40,240 nt of DNA from Promethearchaeota archaeon (GCA_016840165.1 JAEOSU010000063.1:1-40240); one strand, 5' to 3'. Positions 27,906 to 36,963 are shown, numbered from the stretch's first letter. Numbers and translations are program-made. Notes: generated by a model not told the origin, from the letters alone.

Positions 27906-28820
27906 TTGAAACATATCGCCATTTTGCTTTCATTTCTAATGATTTTCCTTACGCCTTTAATACTTAACTCTAAAATTGCACTATCTCAACCTCAACCGTG
28001 GTTCGAAGATCGTTCTGAATTAAATCACTTGGAATACTATTTAGAATTCTCACCAGAACAAAAAGGATATTCTACAACAAAGTACGCTATAGATCTTGAA
28101 ACTATTGAAACTGAGACTGATTCAATATTAGAAGTTGATGTTACATATGATGATGTAGATTTGACAGAAGCAGGAGTAAATTTTAACTACAAGATAATGT
28201 TGGATGATCATGAACTCTTTTGGCCTAATATATGGTTCTATATCCAATATTTTAGAGATACGCATACCGAATTATTCTTAGACTTGACTAAAATTGGAGA
28301 GTCTCAAACATTTCGCGTGGATGAGACAGTTATCTTCGCTAATTATTTTAAAATAGAAGTTTATAAAGGAGTAAGTAAATTAGATTTATTATTTAACTAC
28401 ATGGGGGAAAAAGAATATAGCAAAGATCTTACATACAACTTTACCACTTTCCATTATCAAGCGAATTATTCGTGGGTTACTGATGGAATTTTTTGAGATT
28501 CATTAATTCAGTGGACACTCGCAGCTGACTATTATTTTGATAAAGAAACAGGAATTTTACTAGTAGAAAACTTGCACTTTCATAGATTCGATTTCAGACC
28601 TCTTAAACTTCAACTAAACTCACACGCAGACCTTTACATAAATAGAACTCTAGCAATGGTTAATTCGATGATATTAATGGATTCTTATGTGAAAATAGGA
28701 GGAAATATCAATCATACATTAGATGGCTTATATATTTGGATAGTATCTTTGGCTGTAATTATCCCTTTCGTAGCAATCGCTATTATAATAATAAGGAAGC
28801 ATTTTTTTAGGCGTAAATAG
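27906..28820 (+). pseudogene. Exported, C-terminally anchored protein interrupted by one in-frame TGA at 28494-28496 (nonsense allele, sequencing error, or recoded)
   Basis: Track ORFs 27906-28496 and 28572-28820 share a frame. The intervening codons read DSLIQWTLAADYYFDKETGILLVEN with no other stop. The signal peptide is in part 1; the TM helix and basic tail are in part 2. Confidence 0.75.
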
Positions 28821-28830
28821 TAATTTTAAG

Positions 28831-28906
28831 GAGTTTTATCAATGAACTCGAACTATAAACCATTGGTGTGTCGGGTAAGAGAAAGGATGTGCTTCCTTTT
28901 AAACTC
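28831..28906. ncRNA. Candidate structured RNA element (three-way junction, SECIS-like arm) between convergent genes
   Basis: Stems GAGTTT/AAACTC, ACTCGA/TCGGGT and GAAAGGA/TCCTTTT. It is GC-richer than the other spacers. Confidence 0.35.
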
Positions 28907-28937
28907 TACAAAAAAAATAGGATAACTTTCAGAAATA

Positions 28938-29351
28938 TTAGAAGTTAAAGTCTTTTTGCCATTTCTGATATCCTAGCCGAAGTAAATTGAACCTTGATTT
29001 ATTTATTTTATTATCTACTTTATTTTTTGAAATGTCTTTCATCATTTCATGATATCGTTTATAATATAGGTCAGCTATAGGATTATCGTGGATAAGTTGT
29101 AAAATTGATTCCTCAGTAAAATATAGGATTAGATCGGGTACATAATTAGTTTTTTCTTGTGTTATTTCTAGCTTATCTTCATCTTTTTTAAAAAGATAAT
29201 AGCGCAGTTTAAATTTTTGTTCCTTTAAAGAGTTATGATATATTTTATATTCCCAACAAGCATTATTATGAAGATGCCTCATTAAATCAGGTTTATTGGA
29301 AAAATATTGCTTTAATTTATTAAATAATGCTTTTGAGTCCATATTCCTCAA
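28938..29351 (-). CDS. Small protein, SCP2-like sterol/lipid-binding fold suspected (start probably ATG 29342)
   Basis: Helix, beta strands and a PDLILYFTEESILQLI segment resembling the SCP2 'D-L-x-(I/L)...L' motif. Confidence 0.5.
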   Translation of the reverse strand: MRNMDSKALFNKLKQYFSNKPDLMRHLHNNACWEYKIYHNSLKEQKFKLRYYLFKKDEDKLEITQEKTNYVPDLILYFTEESILQLIHDNPIADLYYKRYHEMMKDISKNKVDNKINKSRFNLLRLGYQKWQKDFNF

Positions 29352-29360
29352 AATTGAAGA

Positions 29361-30854
29361 TTATTTTATCTTATCGATGTATTTAGATGTACCATCATAA
29401 ATATATTTTGGATATACTAGCTCTTGAGGATAGTATTTACAACCCGGTGGATATGCTGAATCTTTACATCCACCTAATGCTACAGTTATATCAGTAAGCA
29501 TTGGTCTTGCATTAATATAGATATTCGCTGCTTCCAATTGTGATTTGAATTTTTCGATATGTTCCTTATTAGTTGTATAAGCAACAGCCCGCATACCATA
29601 ATTACTGGTATTAGCCAGCTTTATTGCGTCATTTAAATCTTTAGCCTTGGTAATAGATCGAACAGGTCCAAAAGCTTCCTCTCTCCAGAGGAAAGGAGAC
29701 TTTGATAAATCCTCACATAATTCTGGTTTGATTTCTACAAGAGTAGGTACATAAAATAATCCGTAATCTTCACCTGTATCTACTTTTTCGCCACCAGTGA
29801 AAATTTTAGCTCCATATTTAATGGCATCACTCACCATTATTTCCATCATCATAAGAATCTTTCGGCTACCTAGAGGTCCTATATCAACATCGGGATCAGT
29901 TGGATCACCATACTTCAATTTCTCAATTTCTTTTATCAATAATTCTACATAATCTTCATATATATCGCTGTGAACGATAATTCGCTTCATACTGAAGCAT
30001 TGCTGTCCACTGTTAGTGTAGCTGGCCATTGCATTCCATTTTGCGACTTGTTCAAGATTTACATCATCCATAACGATGCCTGCATCATTTCCAGCGCATT
30101 CAAAAAAGAAATTTTTAAAAGGACTTGTATACATGGAAACGCCCATTGATTTATCTACGCTTTTTTTCAAAATCTGGGCATATCGTACCAGAATATCTTT
30201 TGCAGTATGGGAGGCGGTAATAGTCATTATTGTTTTAACAAGAGGAGATCTAAGAAATTCATCAACTGCCCAATTACCAGGAGCTATAACTATATCTAAA
30301 GCATCAAGAGCGGGAAAATCCATATCCTTCATCATTGAATATGCTTTTAGCATAGTTAATGGACATGCAGTAGATGGTTTGACAACAGCACCATTTCCTA
30401 CTAAGTAATTTGCTCCAAGCTGATACAGAGGAAGGCTGATTGGAGTATTTCTTGGTGAGACACAAGCGGCTAAACCTTGTGGTATATACCTTATTTTAAC
30501 CATTTGTTCTCCTTCAATACTAGTCAGTTGTTTTTCTTCTATAAATTGATAATACCAATCACAGAAACGGAATCCTGTGGTGACAATGTTTAATTCCCAC
30601 TCTGAGTATTTTATAGGCAAACCTCCCTCTGCAACGATTAAGTCTTTTAGTTCATTTTTCTTGAAGCGTAATTTGCTTGCAAATTTGGAAAGAAGTTGTG
30701 CTCTTTCAAAGAAATCCATCTCTTTTAATTTTTCTTGATTCTTATAAGCAGATTTAATTTTTTCTTGGACACTTTCTACTGTGTCGGCTGGAATACTTTC
30801 GATTAACTCTCCAGTATACTTATTTTTAATTTCCAATTCTTTTACTTTTGACAT
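29361..30854 (-). CDS. Aldehyde dehydrogenase family protein (divergent)
   Basis: SPRNTP, GNGAVVKPS, FECAGND (catalytic E), NSGQQCFS (catalytic C), DIGPL, EEAFGPV, NTSNYGM. Confidence 0.9.
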   Translation of the reverse strand: MSKVKELEIKNKYTGELIESIPADTVESVQEKIKSAYKNQEKLKEMDFFERAQLLSKFASKLRFKKNELKDLIVAEGGLPIKYSEWELNIVTTGFRFCDWYYQFIEEKQLTSIEGEQMVKIRYIPQGLAACVSPRNTPISLPLYQLGANYLVGNGAVVKPSTACPLTMLKAYSMMKDMDFPALDALDIVIAPGNWAVDEFLRSPLVKTIMTITASHTAKDILVRYAQILKKSVDKSMGVSMYTSPFKNFFFECAGNDAGIVMDDVNLEQVAKWNAMASYTNSGQQCFSMKRIIVHSDIYEDYVELLIKEIEKLKYGDPTDPDVDIGPLGSRKILMMMEIMVSDAIKYGAKIFTGGEKVDTGEDYGLFYVPTLVEIKPELCEDLSKSPFLWREEAFGPVRSITKAKDLNDAIKLANTSNYGMRAVAYTTNKEHIEKFKSQLEAANIYINARPMLTDITVALGGCKDSAYPPGCKYYPQELVYPKYIYDGTSKYIDKIK

Positions 30855-30913
30855 ATATAATTCTCATTAAGTTTAATTTTTGATAAATTTAGGACCTTTT
30901 AATAAAAAAAACA

Positions 30914-31393
30914 TTAAATGCTGTAAATATCATCATCATCTTCAAGAATACCCGCCGTTTGAGCGAATCTTCCATAACCCATATCAATTAGGAGTTGTGT
31001 TCTTTTGTTCAACATAAAATCGATCCATCCTTTATTTTCATCAGGCTCATTGTAGAAAGAGCCAAGAAGTTGGGCGTAATCTGTCTTACTTTTGGTCTGA
31101 ATTAGTTTTTCCACTGCTGTGACCGAAAGGGCTAGCTCCAAATCAGCATCAGTTGCTCTTCCCGGTTTAATTTCAATACCTTGACCATTTCGATACACGT
31201 TAAAAATATCTAGAGGGGACCTTGCATCATATTCTTCGATAGAATTATATAATGCAAAATCAAAATTAGATCCAGAAACTAAATCGGAAAAAATCTCAGG
31301 ATATTGTGATAAAAAGGTGGTATACTTTTTAGTTAATTTAGTTTTAAATTTTTCTTGATTATGAAGTTTAGTTATTAATTGATGTTCTGTCAT
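30914..31393 (-). CDS. Small protein, SCP2-like fold suspected
   Basis: GIEIKPGRATDADLELALSVTAVEKLI resembles the SCP2 core. It is paralog-like to 28938-29351 (both end L..(L/M)GY..(W/F)). Confidence 0.55.
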   Translation of the reverse strand: MTEHQLITKLHNQEKFKTKLTKKYTTFLSQYPEIFSDLVSGSNFDFALYNSIEEYDARSPLDIFNVYRNGQGIEIKPGRATDADLELALSVTAVEKLIQTKSKTDYAQLLGSFYNEPDENKGWIDFMLNKRTQLLIDMGYGRFAQTAGILEDDDDIYSI

Positions 31394-31427
31394 TTTGTAA
31401 ATACCTAATTCTAATTTCTTTTTTATT

Positions 31428-32420
31428 TCATCCTTTTGATTCTATATACTCTTTATACCAAGCTATGGTTTTAGATAATCCTTCTCTTAAGGGTGTAATT
31501 TCATAGCCTAGTTTTTTAATAGCTTTTTCTGATGAATATGACCAATTATAGTTTATCATTTTAACAGTCGGTCGATTTATGTAAGGCATTTTTTTCGTGA
31601 ATTTTGTTTTAAACTCACATAACCAACCATATAAAAGAGCTAAACTCATTGGAAAATGTCGTACTTTTTTATCACATCCTGATATCTCAGCAATTAAATT
31701 AAGCCAATCATTAAAAAGTATATTCACTCCACCAAGGATGAACTCTTCTCCTCTTAAATCATTTCTCTCTGTTATATTTGTCAAAAAATTGGCGATATCA
31801 TAAACGTAAACAAAGGAACCAATATTATCTCCCTTACCAGGGCATCCCATAAAAGATCCTTTGGTTATATCTAGTATAGTCTGCCCAAATATATTAAAAT
31901 CTCTGGGACCATAAGCTATTCCAGGATAAATTATCACAACATTAAGTCCTTTGTCAATATAATCCTTAATTAATTTTTTTGCTTGAAATTTTGTTTTAGC
32001 ATAATCAAGGAATAATCCATCCTCACTTTCAAAAGTCTCATCTACTGGTTCTTCAGGAGTTCCACCTAACGCAATAAAAGAGCTAACGTATATTAATTTA
32101 ATATCATTATTCATTGCTACTTTGGCGACATGCTCTGTACCCTTGATGTTTATATCTTCAAATACTGACTTATCTTTTGCCCACATGCGTGTATGGGCAG
32201 CTAGATGATATATAACATCAACATCATCTACTGCTTTATATAAACTTTCTATATCTCGAACATCACCATAAATATACTTTATATTTTTAAAATTCTGAAA
32301 AGGGGATAGATCACTCGATTCTCGTACTAAAAGCTTAATAAAATGCCCTTTTTCATAGAGTTTTTCAACTAATGGAACACCAATAAACCCCGTTCCACCA
32401 GTAATAAGGATATTTACCAT
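31428..32420 (-). CDS. Extended SDR / NAD-dependent epimerase-dehydratase (HpnA / dihydroflavonol-reductase / 3-beta-HSD-like)
   Basis: ITGGTGFIG, GDVRD, YHLAA, YVSS, YAKTK, PGIAYGPRD. Confidence 0.92.
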   Translation of the reverse strand: MVNILITGGTGFIGVPLVEKLYEKGHFIKLLVRESSDLSPFQNFKNIKYIYGDVRDIESLYKAVDDVDVIYHLAAHTRMWAKDKSVFEDINIKGTEHVAKVAMNNDIKLIYVSSFIALGGTPEEPVDETFESEDGLFLDYAKTKFQAKKLIKDYIDKGLNVVIIYPGIAYGPRDFNIFGQTILDITKGSFMGCPGKGDNIGSFVYVYDIANFLTNITERNDLRGEEFILGGVNILFNDWLNLIAEISGCDKKVRHFPMSLALLYGWLCEFKTKFTKKMPYINRPTVKMINYNWSYSSEKAIKKLGYEITPLREGLSKTIAWYKEYIESKG

Positions 32421-32582
32421 AGTATAAAGATTAAGATATCAATAAATTATTGAAGAAATTTAGTTTTTAAATAAAAAGATTCTCATACTCTTGCGAGGTT
32501 CAAGAGTTGTGATATTTTTGAGTTGGTTTGATATGAAAACGCAAAAATAAAATAGACATAAAAGTATACTCACTAAATAAAG

Positions 32583-33125
32583 ATGGAAGATTATCGCAAA
32601 TTTATATCCCAATTAAGTTTACCATACTTAGGAACACCCCTAGAATTGATTCCATCAATTTTCGATACATTAACAGAAAAATTCTATCTAAAACGTAATT
32701 CTTCACAAAAATTTATTGATTTAGGCTCAGGAAATGGACGAATTATAATATTTTCCGCGGTAAATTATGGGGTTAAATCAGTTGGAATAGAAATTGACGA
32801 AAATTTGATTGAAGAAGCAAAAGAAACCATCAAATCGCTAAAACGTGAGAAAAAAATTCATAGGAAATTATTCAAACTCATAGAGATTAGAAATGAGGAT
32901 CTTTTTACACAGGATCTACAAGAGTATGATTTTATTTATATTTATTCCTTACCTTCTATGCAGAAATCCTTAAATCACGTATTTAAAACGACAAAACCTG
33001 AAGCAATTATTATTTCTTTCAAATATGAGTTAAAAGGTTTCGATTCATATTTACAGTATGAGGATTGTTTGGAGATTAAACATGAGAATAAGGTTTGGAA
33101 AGTAGATTTCTATAAAAAGATATAA
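32583..33125 (+). CDS. Class I SAM-dependent methyltransferase, aKMT/FAM173-like protein-lysine MTase
   Basis: LPYLGTP, FIDLGSGNGRI, GIEID, DLF, DFIYIY, IISFKY. Confidence 0.75.
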   Translation: MEDYRKFISQLSLPYLGTPLELIPSIFDTLTEKFYLKRNSSQKFIDLGSGNGRIIIFSAVNYGVKSVGIEIDENLIEEAKETIKSLKREKKIHRKLFKLIEIRNEDLFTQDLQEYDFIYIYSLPSMQKSLNHVFKTTKPEAIIISFKYELKGFDSYLQYEDCLEIKHENKVWKVDFYKKI

Positions 33126-33303
33126 AATTCCAATCTTAACTTGAATATATTCATTTTATATTATTCTAAAATAATTATCCTATTGAACGATGTAGCGATT
33201 TAAAATCAAACTTTGGATATCAATGACTGAAATGTAAAAGATATATTATTGATATTCTTAATTTCTATATAATCCAAATGTTATATAAAAAAGAGTATTA
33301 AAA

Positions 33304-33690
33304 ATGGAAGAACAAAATATTTCTAAATTTCTAAAATATGTATTTCTAGCTTCAGGTCTTGCCGCTTTCATATTTGGAATTACGTTTATCTTAATCGTAG
33401 AAGTTTATTATAACTTATTAAGTTGGCAAGATCAGGATCCTTTATTTGCAAGAGTTCTAGGTGCTGCTCTTATTGGTTTAGGAATTCTTCAATGGTTATC
33501 TTATAGAGAAAAAAAATGGGAAAACGTGAAGAATTTGGTAATTATGATGATTGTATGGCATGTTCTTGGTGCAATTGTAACCATATCGGGACAGTTTCTA
33601 TTCAATCTACCTTTGGGGAATTTGATCCATATAATTGTTTTTATTATATTTTCTATAGCTTACCTATACGCATTTTTCTTACAAAGATAA
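33304..33690 (+). CDS. 4-TM membrane protein
   Basis: Hydrophobic helices and a W...DPLFARVLGAAL pattern. Confidence 0.75.
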   Translation: MEEQNISKFLKYVFLASGLAAFIFGITFILIVEVYYNLLSWQDQDPLFARVLGAALIGLGILQWLSYREKKWENVKNLVIMMIVWHVLGAIVTISGQFLFNLPLGNLIHIIVFIIFSIAYLYAFFLQR

Positions 33691-33695
33691 ACAAA

Positions 33696-33750
33696 ATTTT
33701 TTTTTTTTTATTATTTCGAAATTAATATCGTGAAATCAGTGTTTCACGAT
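33696..33750. terminator. T-tract plus 9-bp hairpin between convergent genes
   Basis: A long T run follows the stop at 33690. ATCGTGAAA-TCAGTG-TTTCACGAT lies at 33727-33750. Confidence 0.45.
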
Positions 33751-33754
33751 CTTA

Positions 33755-34396
33755 TTATTTCCTATCGTGCTGCATTTCCCACATAGGCAGTTGTAATGAT
33801 GGAACCATAATTTTTTTTAATACTTTAAAACCTAGTCTTTCATAAAGCTTAACATTTCGTTCGGTTTCGGTTTCTAAGTAAATAGGAATCACAGGAGGGA
33901 GATTAGATTGCATACTATTAATTAAATGAGTTCCAATCCCTTTTCCTTGACTCTCGGGTGCCACTCCTATTACATAGAGATAAAGATAGGTCCCTTTCAT
34001 GTTAGTTTCGCGGTCTTCAGTGATAATTTCAAAGACTTCCTGAATAAGTTTTCCAATTTTACTTCCCAGTTTCATAGCACTCCATAGGGCTCCACTCATT
34101 AAGAAGCGAAAGAAAGTGGACTTAATATAATCAGAAGGTAACCATGCTGCAATTCCTTCTAAGTTGGGAGATGAGGCTAATACTACCCCATATTTAAGAC
34201 TATATTTGAGAGGTACTCCAAAAACTAACGAGAATTTATCAGGATCATCTTTTAGAATCGCTTTCCATATTGGATCTTCCTGAAATGCTAAACCTAATAC
34301 TTCACATGCCCTGGAATAGTCTTTAGAAGTTAAGCGATAAAGATCTGGAATAGTTGGAATAATTAATTTGTTTTTTTTCATAATTAATTTCCCCAA
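33755..34396 (-). CDS. GNAT family N-acetyltransferase (puromycin-acetyltransferase-like)
   Basis: AFQEDP, YLYVIGVAPESQGKGIG (Q/RxxGxG), IYLET, NVKLYERLGF. Confidence 0.92.
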   Translation of the reverse strand: MGKLIMKKNKLIIPTIPDLYRLTSKDYSRACEVLGLAFQEDPIWKAILKDDPDKFSLVFGVPLKYSLKYGVVLASSPNLEGIAAWLPSDYIKSTFFRFLMSGALWSAMKLGSKIGKLIQEVFEIITEDRETNMKGTYLYLYVIGVAPESQGKGIGTHLINSMQSNLPPVIPIYLETETERNVKLYERLGFKVLKKIMVPSLQLPMWEMQHDRK

Positions 34397-34553
34397 ATTT
34401 TTAGGAAATTAAAACTCTACTTATTTTGAATTGTTAATATTCAAGCCATTTAGTCAACTGCAAAATAAAATCAATCAAGTCTTTATTTATTGATAGTTTT
34501 TTAGGTATTAACAATATTATAAAAGATTTTTTAACTCGTTCGGTTGATTAAGA

Positions 34554-36590
34554 ATGGTAAAAATAGAAGATATTCAGATTAACATCGATTCGCAAAAACA
34601 GGCTCAAGGATATTATGTAAAAGTAATTCTAGAAACAAATGGCAACCCAGAAGCAGAATCTTTAGGCGAAAAATTTATGCAACAATATGAAAAATTGCTT
34701 AAAGAACACGAAGAAGAAGATATTTACGATCTCCATCGATATTATCGTCTAATAATTGAGTTTAAACCTGCCTTGTTGACGATTTTGAAACCAGGTAAGG
34801 AATTTGATATGATTTGCGATATGGCTGTAAAGAGCTTTAATGGTCCTTTAGATAGGATTAGAAAGCAAATTGAAGAAAATAGACTTACTCCAACAATGAA
34901 GGGCCCTGTTATGCCAGGGAGTAGTAAAACGATGGATTTAAAGTATCTATGTACTGTTTGTAACCAGACTTTTGATATTCCCCCTGAAGTAAAAGAAAAA
35001 TTGTTGGACAGTGATGAAACCCAAAAACTTCCAAAACACTGCGAAAAAGAAATGATTCTTAAGATTGTAAGGACTCAAGAAAGAGAGAAAACAAAAGAAC
35101 CTGAACCGAAACTCAAGATCCTTTCTGCTGAGGTGTTGATGAGTCATGTAGATTCTGAAGAAGCAAAGACAGAATACTTAAAGCTATTAAGCGTAGGAAT
35201 AGATGTTGGTTCCTCCACGTCTCATCTTGTGTTCTCGCGCCTTACTCTGAAAAGGGAGTTGAGTTTTTTTAACATGTCAAATCGGTTTAATCTTCATAAT
35301 CGAGAAATAATATACGAAGGAAATATAATTTTTACTCCTTTAATTGATCGGAATACAATCGATATTGAAGCCGTTGTAAAGTTTTTTGAAGAGGAATATC
35401 AGAAAGCAGGTATTACCCCTGAAATGGTTGATACAGGTGCGGTAATCGTTACCGGTGAAACAGCTAAAAAGCAAAATGCTTTAGAGATTGTAAATCGGCT
35501 GTCTTCTGAGTCTGGAAAGTTTGTAAGCGCTTCAGCGGGTCCTAACTTTGAATCAGTTCTGGGAGCAATGGGAAGTGGGATCGTTGAACTGTCTAAACAG
35601 AAACAAAATACAATATTAAACGTGGATATCGGAGGAGGTACAAGTAATCTCGCAATCTCATCAAATGGAGAAATTGTTACTACTTCCTGTATCAACATTG
35701 GAGGCCGATTACTTGGAATTGATGAAAATTTTAAGATCTGGAGAATAGATCCTCCAACTGAAATTGTTATGAATCAGTTGAAGATGAATTATGAGATTGG
35801 TGATATTATAACTGAAGATGATGTTAGGAAGATAGCACATGAATATGCGAATTCTCTATTTGAGGTGATGAGAGGTCCAGCAACCAGTAAGCTTGCATCA
35901 GAATTAATGATGACCGATGATTTAGATTACTCTATCTCAATCGATGAAGTATCTTTTTCGGGTGGAGTTGCAGAAATGATTTATGGTCAAATATCCGAGA
36001 CTTATAAAGATATTGGCAATTACATAGCCGAAGAAATTAAAAATCTAATGAGACAATTTAATGTGCCATTAATTGAACCTGAAAATAAAATAAGGGCAAC
36101 AGTGATAGGAGCTGGAGCTTTCTCTCTCTCAGTATCTGGTTCCACTTGTTATTACGATGAGAACATAGATTTACCCCTTGTGAATGTACCAGTGGTACCT
36201 GCTAAGATAAATCCAAGGGAGAAAAATCTAAAAAGTAAAGTGAAACAAGCTCTTAAGAACTTTAATCTAAAAGAAGGTGAAGATATTTTTGCCTTATATT
36301 TCAAAGACTTAATTCACCAGAATGATTTAGAGATACTTGCTAAAGAAATTGAAAGAGCTCTTCCAGATTCAGTGGCAAATAATAAAATAATTATGATCAT
36401 TCTTAAATTAGATGGAGCAAAAATACTCGGAATAACTATCAGAGATAACACGTCAATAAAACAAAATCTTTTTTGTTTAGATGAATTAGATTTAGAAGCG
36501 GGAGATTGGATTGATATAGGTGCTCCTCTAAAAGATGGTTCAGTATTCCCGGTTACGATTAAAAGCTTGGTATTTAATAAAGAAATTTAA
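34554..36590 (+). CDS. eutA: EutA-family (ethanolamine ammonia-lyase reactivating factor-like) ATPase with ~200-aa N-terminal extension containing a metal-binding knuckle
   Basis: SVGIDVGSSTSHLVFSRL, GAVIVTGETAKKQNA, AGPNFESVLGAMGSG, NVDIGGGTSN, IGGRL, IRATVIGAG, GDWIDIGAPL, PVTIKSLVF. The N-terminal part carries CTVC...PKHCEKEM. Confidence 0.9.
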   Translation: MVKIEDIQINIDSQKQAQGYYVKVILETNGNPEAESLGEKFMQQYEKLLKEHEEEDIYDLHRYYRLIIEFKPALLTILKPGKEFDMICDMAVKSFNGPLDRIRKQIEENRLTPTMKGPVMPGSSKTMDLKYLCTVCNQTFDIPPEVKEKLLDSDETQKLPKHCEKEMILKIVRTQEREKTKEPEPKLKILSAEVLMSHVDSEEAKTEYLKLLSVGIDVGSSTSHLVFSRLTLKRELSFFNMSNRFNLHNREIIYEGNIIFTPLIDRNTIDIEAVVKFFEEEYQKAGITPEMVDTGAVIVTGETAKKQNALEIVNRLSSESGKFVSASAGPNFESVLGAMGSGIVELSKQKQNTILNVDIGGGTSNLAISSNGEIVTTSCINIGGRLLGIDENFKIWRIDPPTEIVMNQLKMNYEIGDIITEDDVRKIAHEYANSLFEVMRGPATSKLASELMMTDDLDYSISIDEVSFSGGVAEMIYGQISETYKDIGNYIAEEIKNLMRQFNVPLIEPENKIRATVIGAGAFSLSVSGSTCYYDENIDLPLVNVPVVPAKINPREKNLKSKVKQALKNFNLKEGEDIFALYFKDLIHQNDLEILAKEIERALPDSVANNKIIMIILKLDGAKILGITIRDNTSIKQNLFCLDELDLEAGDWIDIGAPLKDGSVFPVTIKSLVFNKEI

Positions 36591-36606
36591 AATTTTATAT
36601 TCTCTA

Positions 36607-36963
36607 TTAATCAGGGAAACATCGATTAATTTTCACTAATGCATGTTTTAAGTATTGCTTCATATAAAATCGCTCACTTGTGCAGTATTCTAGTTTCTGG
36701 TCATTAGTTAGGTCATCACAACGTTCTAAGACTTCATGGATATCACTGATAAGAGTTAAATATTCTTTTTTAGCAATCTCGCATTCATCTATTACTAAAT
36801 CATGAATTAGTTGAGGAGGTAGATTAGGCTCCGCTATTGAAACCTCTCCTTTTTCTAACTTAGAATGCGCTTCTAAAGAACTTATTTCTTCAGGAAGATT
36901 GTCTATTTCTCTGTTATTTGTAAAACCTTTAGAAATGAAGAACCATCTCGGAGAAGATTCAAT
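36607..36963 (-). pseudogene. Unannotated 118-codon open frame lacking a 5' canonical start (gene remnant, frameshifted gene or ATT-initiated CDS)
   Basis: Reads (I)ESSPRWFFISKGFTNNREIDNLPEEISSLEAHSKLEKGEVSIAEPNLPPQLIHDLVIDECEIAKKEYLTLISDIHEVLERCDDLTNDQKLEYCTSERFYMKQYLKHALVKINRCFPD*, with protein-like composition. Confidence 0.5.

Noticed and set aside
28831-28906. Hammerhead ribozyme or fluoride riboswitch
   Set aside because: The three-stem layout and GAAA are suggestive, but the CUGANGA core (here TCAATGA) and the crcB GAUG/UGAUGAC motifs are absent.
2-33125. Eukaryote-like CAAX prenylation pathway (prenyltransferase repeats + Rce1-like protease + methyltransferase)
   Set aside because: The genes are unlinked, the MTase is not ICMT-like, CPBP proteases are ubiquitous, and catalytic prenyltransferase residues cannot be assessed in the truncated gene.
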